Source of the DNA: Eledone cirrhosa
Lineage: Eukaryota
Direction of reading: 5' to 3'
DNA length: 36,513 nucleotides
Assembly (NCBI GenBank): GCA_964016885.1
Contig: CAXHJY010001119.1
Location: forward strand, 1-36,513
In this document: in pieces, positions 34,168-36,513 of the stretch
Numbering within the stretch: the stretch's first letter is position 1
Layout of the letters: each line of letters begins with the position of its first letter
Made by a program: the position numbers and the translations under genes
Notes under the pieces: model-generated
Told to the model about the DNA's origin: nothing
Seen by the model: the letters and a program-made list of their open reading frames with translations, nothing else
The model's database searches: none

Positions 34168-34353
34168 CTGGCAGTATCGGTAGAGGGTCGGATGCCATGC
34201 TTTCCAGCATAGCTACGTCCCCTTAACGATCTGAGTTCAAATCCCGCCGAGGTTGACTTTGCCTTTCATCCTACGGAGGTCGATAAAATAAAGTACCAGT
34301 AATACACTGTGGAGATAATTGCTGGCCTTGTGCCAAAAAGTAGAAACAATTAT
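34168..34353 (+). mobile_element. SINE family A, near full length
   Basis: TGGCAGTATCGGTAGAGGGTCGGA...GAGTTCAAATCCCGCCGAGG...AGTAGAAACAATTAT. Confidence 0.88.
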
Positions 34354-34986
34354 ATTTTATCTCTCTTCTATCGTACAACATTCGTTTTCAGAAAAATTTG
34401 TTTCTGTTGTTATCTAGAGAAATTATTAACCACATTGTTCAGGCTGTTTATGTTGGTATCTAGCCAGAAAAGCTATAGGTGTCTGGCTGCCTGTCTATCC
34501 ATCTGTCAGTCTGCTTACCCACACATAATGTGGTTGAGCATGAGACATTTCATTAGAAATACTTATGTGATGAGGAAAAGGCCAACATGAGCTCTGTGGC
34601 TGAGGATTATTCTAATTACTTTAGCAATATGGGAGACAACTCTGGTCATGTTTTGTTCTTATTAGACCTCCTTAGAGAAGCAGACATCACTGTAGTTGTT
34701 CATTCCCTACCTCAAATATGTTAGCACATACTGGTATTGTGAAGAAGTAACCCATTGCATGATGGTTCAACTTATTAGAAGTAGCAGCCAAATCTCCCTC
34801 AAATTTGTGCTCTATGCTACCAATTACCATTTCCCCCCAAAAAAAATTTTAATAATAAAACAAACCCCAAAAATTTGAAGATGATTCATTAATAATGTAG
34901 TCCCTGTTATGATATGTGAAAAAAACTGGATAGTCATGGATGGAACACCTTTGATCATAGATTCTGCTCAATCACAGCACTCGGTT

Positions 34987-35686
34987 TTAACACCTTTAGC
35001 ATTTAAACCAACCATATCCAGCCAGAATTCTCTCACCACTTTCTATTCAAACCAGCTGGAGCCAGCCACTCATACTGATGTTAAGGTATTGTTCTCAAAA
35101 TAAATATCAAAATCTCATAGATTCGATATTATGAATAATTATGTGAAGTAAAGTCTTTAACATGAAAATATAATAGTATATATAGAGTAATGTAAATGGT
35201 ATGTGAGATATTATGTGAGGTAAAGCCTTTACCATGAAAATACAATAGTAATATATAGAGTAATGTATGTTATGTGAGATATTATGCGAGGTAAAGCCTT
35301 TACTGTGAAATACAATAGTATATATAGAGTAATGTAAATGTTATGTGAGATATTATGTGAGTAAAGCCTTTACTGTGAAATACAATAGTATATATAGAGT
35401 AATGTAAATGTTATGTGAGGTAAAGACTTTACTGTGAAAATACAATAGTATAATATAGAGTAATGTAGATGTTATGTGAGATATTATGTGAGGTAAAGCC
35501 TTTACCATGAAAATACATTAGTATATATTGAGTAATGTAAATGTTATGTGACATATTATGTGAGGTAAAGCCTTACTGTGAAAATACAATAGTATATATA
35601 GAGTAATGTAAAGGTGATGTGAGGTAAAGACTTTACTGCTAAAATACAATAGTATATATAGAGTAATGTAAATGCTAAAGGGTTAA
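34987..35686 (+). mobile_element. piggyBac-type MITE (family P) with its 3' internal segment amplified (~60-72-bp units, ~8 copies)
   Basis: TTAA|CACCTTTAGCATTTA ... TAAATGCTAAAGGG|TTAA; repeated ATGTGAGGTAAAGCCTTTAC..TGAAAATACAATAGTATATATAGAGTAATGTAAATG. Confidence 0.87.
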
Positions 35687-36229
35687 ATAACAGCAGGTTT
35701 TATGAACCTTAAAGACTGCTGGCTCTTAATTTTATTTGTTGTTGTTGCTTTGGGAAATACTCGAGGAGGAGGTCTTTTCTATTTTATCTTTTTTTTTCTT
35801 ATTTATTTATTCTTTTTCAAAGACTTCCTTTTGAGAAAGGAAGTCACCGTAAAAGGGAATAAACGTCTTAAGATATTTCCACTCCAGAAATATTTGAAAA
35901 TCTTAATCAATCCGGCATGGCAAGATGGCGGCATAGATATTGTAAATATTATGAAGTCAGTGAGGCAGTAGACTCAGCATATCTGACCAGATGGCTTTTA
36001 GGTATATTTATATCATATATACATATATATGTATGTGTGTGTGTATATATATATATATATATGTGTGTGCGTGTGTATATGTATGTGTGTGTGTAAATAT
36101 ATGTAGATATATCCGGCGGTGGAAAAAGAAAAAGAGCTCAATCAGGAACAGAGCTGATATATATGTGTATGTATATATATATATATATATATATATGTTT
36201 ATGTATATATATGTATACGTATGTGTGTG

Positions 36230-36260
<31 letters not shown>

Positions 36261-36277
36261 ATGTATATATGTATACG

Positions 36278-36325
<48 letters not shown>

Positions 36326-36513
36326 ACCTGAGCATCGTATGTATGTATTATGTATGTATGTATCCTACACACCTCCCAATAGTTTCTTAGCTTTACTCTC
36401 TCCGTCGCTCTTCACTCTCTATATGACAACACTGTTTTTTAGTTTCCGTATCTCCCTTCAATATATACACATAGAGAGAGAGAGAGATTTAGAGTAAGAT
36501 TAGGAAAACTACA

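Overview
Repeat-saturated eukaryotic non-coding (intergenic or intronic) DNA. The (TA)n/(CA)n/(TATC)n load and the SINE/RTE families suggest an octopus-like cephalopod genome; this is inferred from composition and repeat style. No host protein-coding gene can be supported. All long ORFs in the track come from stop-free micro- or minisatellites. The window contains tRNA-derived SINEs (about 12 copies of one family), RTE, Tx1-like and CR1-like LINE 3' ends, TTAA-flanked piggyBac-type MITEs, TA-flanked Tc1/mariner-type MITEs, a Helitron-like element, and several minisatellites, some clearly amplified from internal segments of these elements. The main hidden signal is a set of short Penelope-like (PLE) terminal fragments, mostly embedded in (TA)n. 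They carry nine recognisable type I hammerhead ribozyme cores, eight of them within 27.4-30.9 kb. Two are sense/antisense pairs in long fold-back inverted repeats, and one has a branched stem II. Three further copies keep only the 3' half of a hammerhead. Most of these otherwise unrelated families share a TTGAGTRC motif between the ribozyme and the (TA)n junction.
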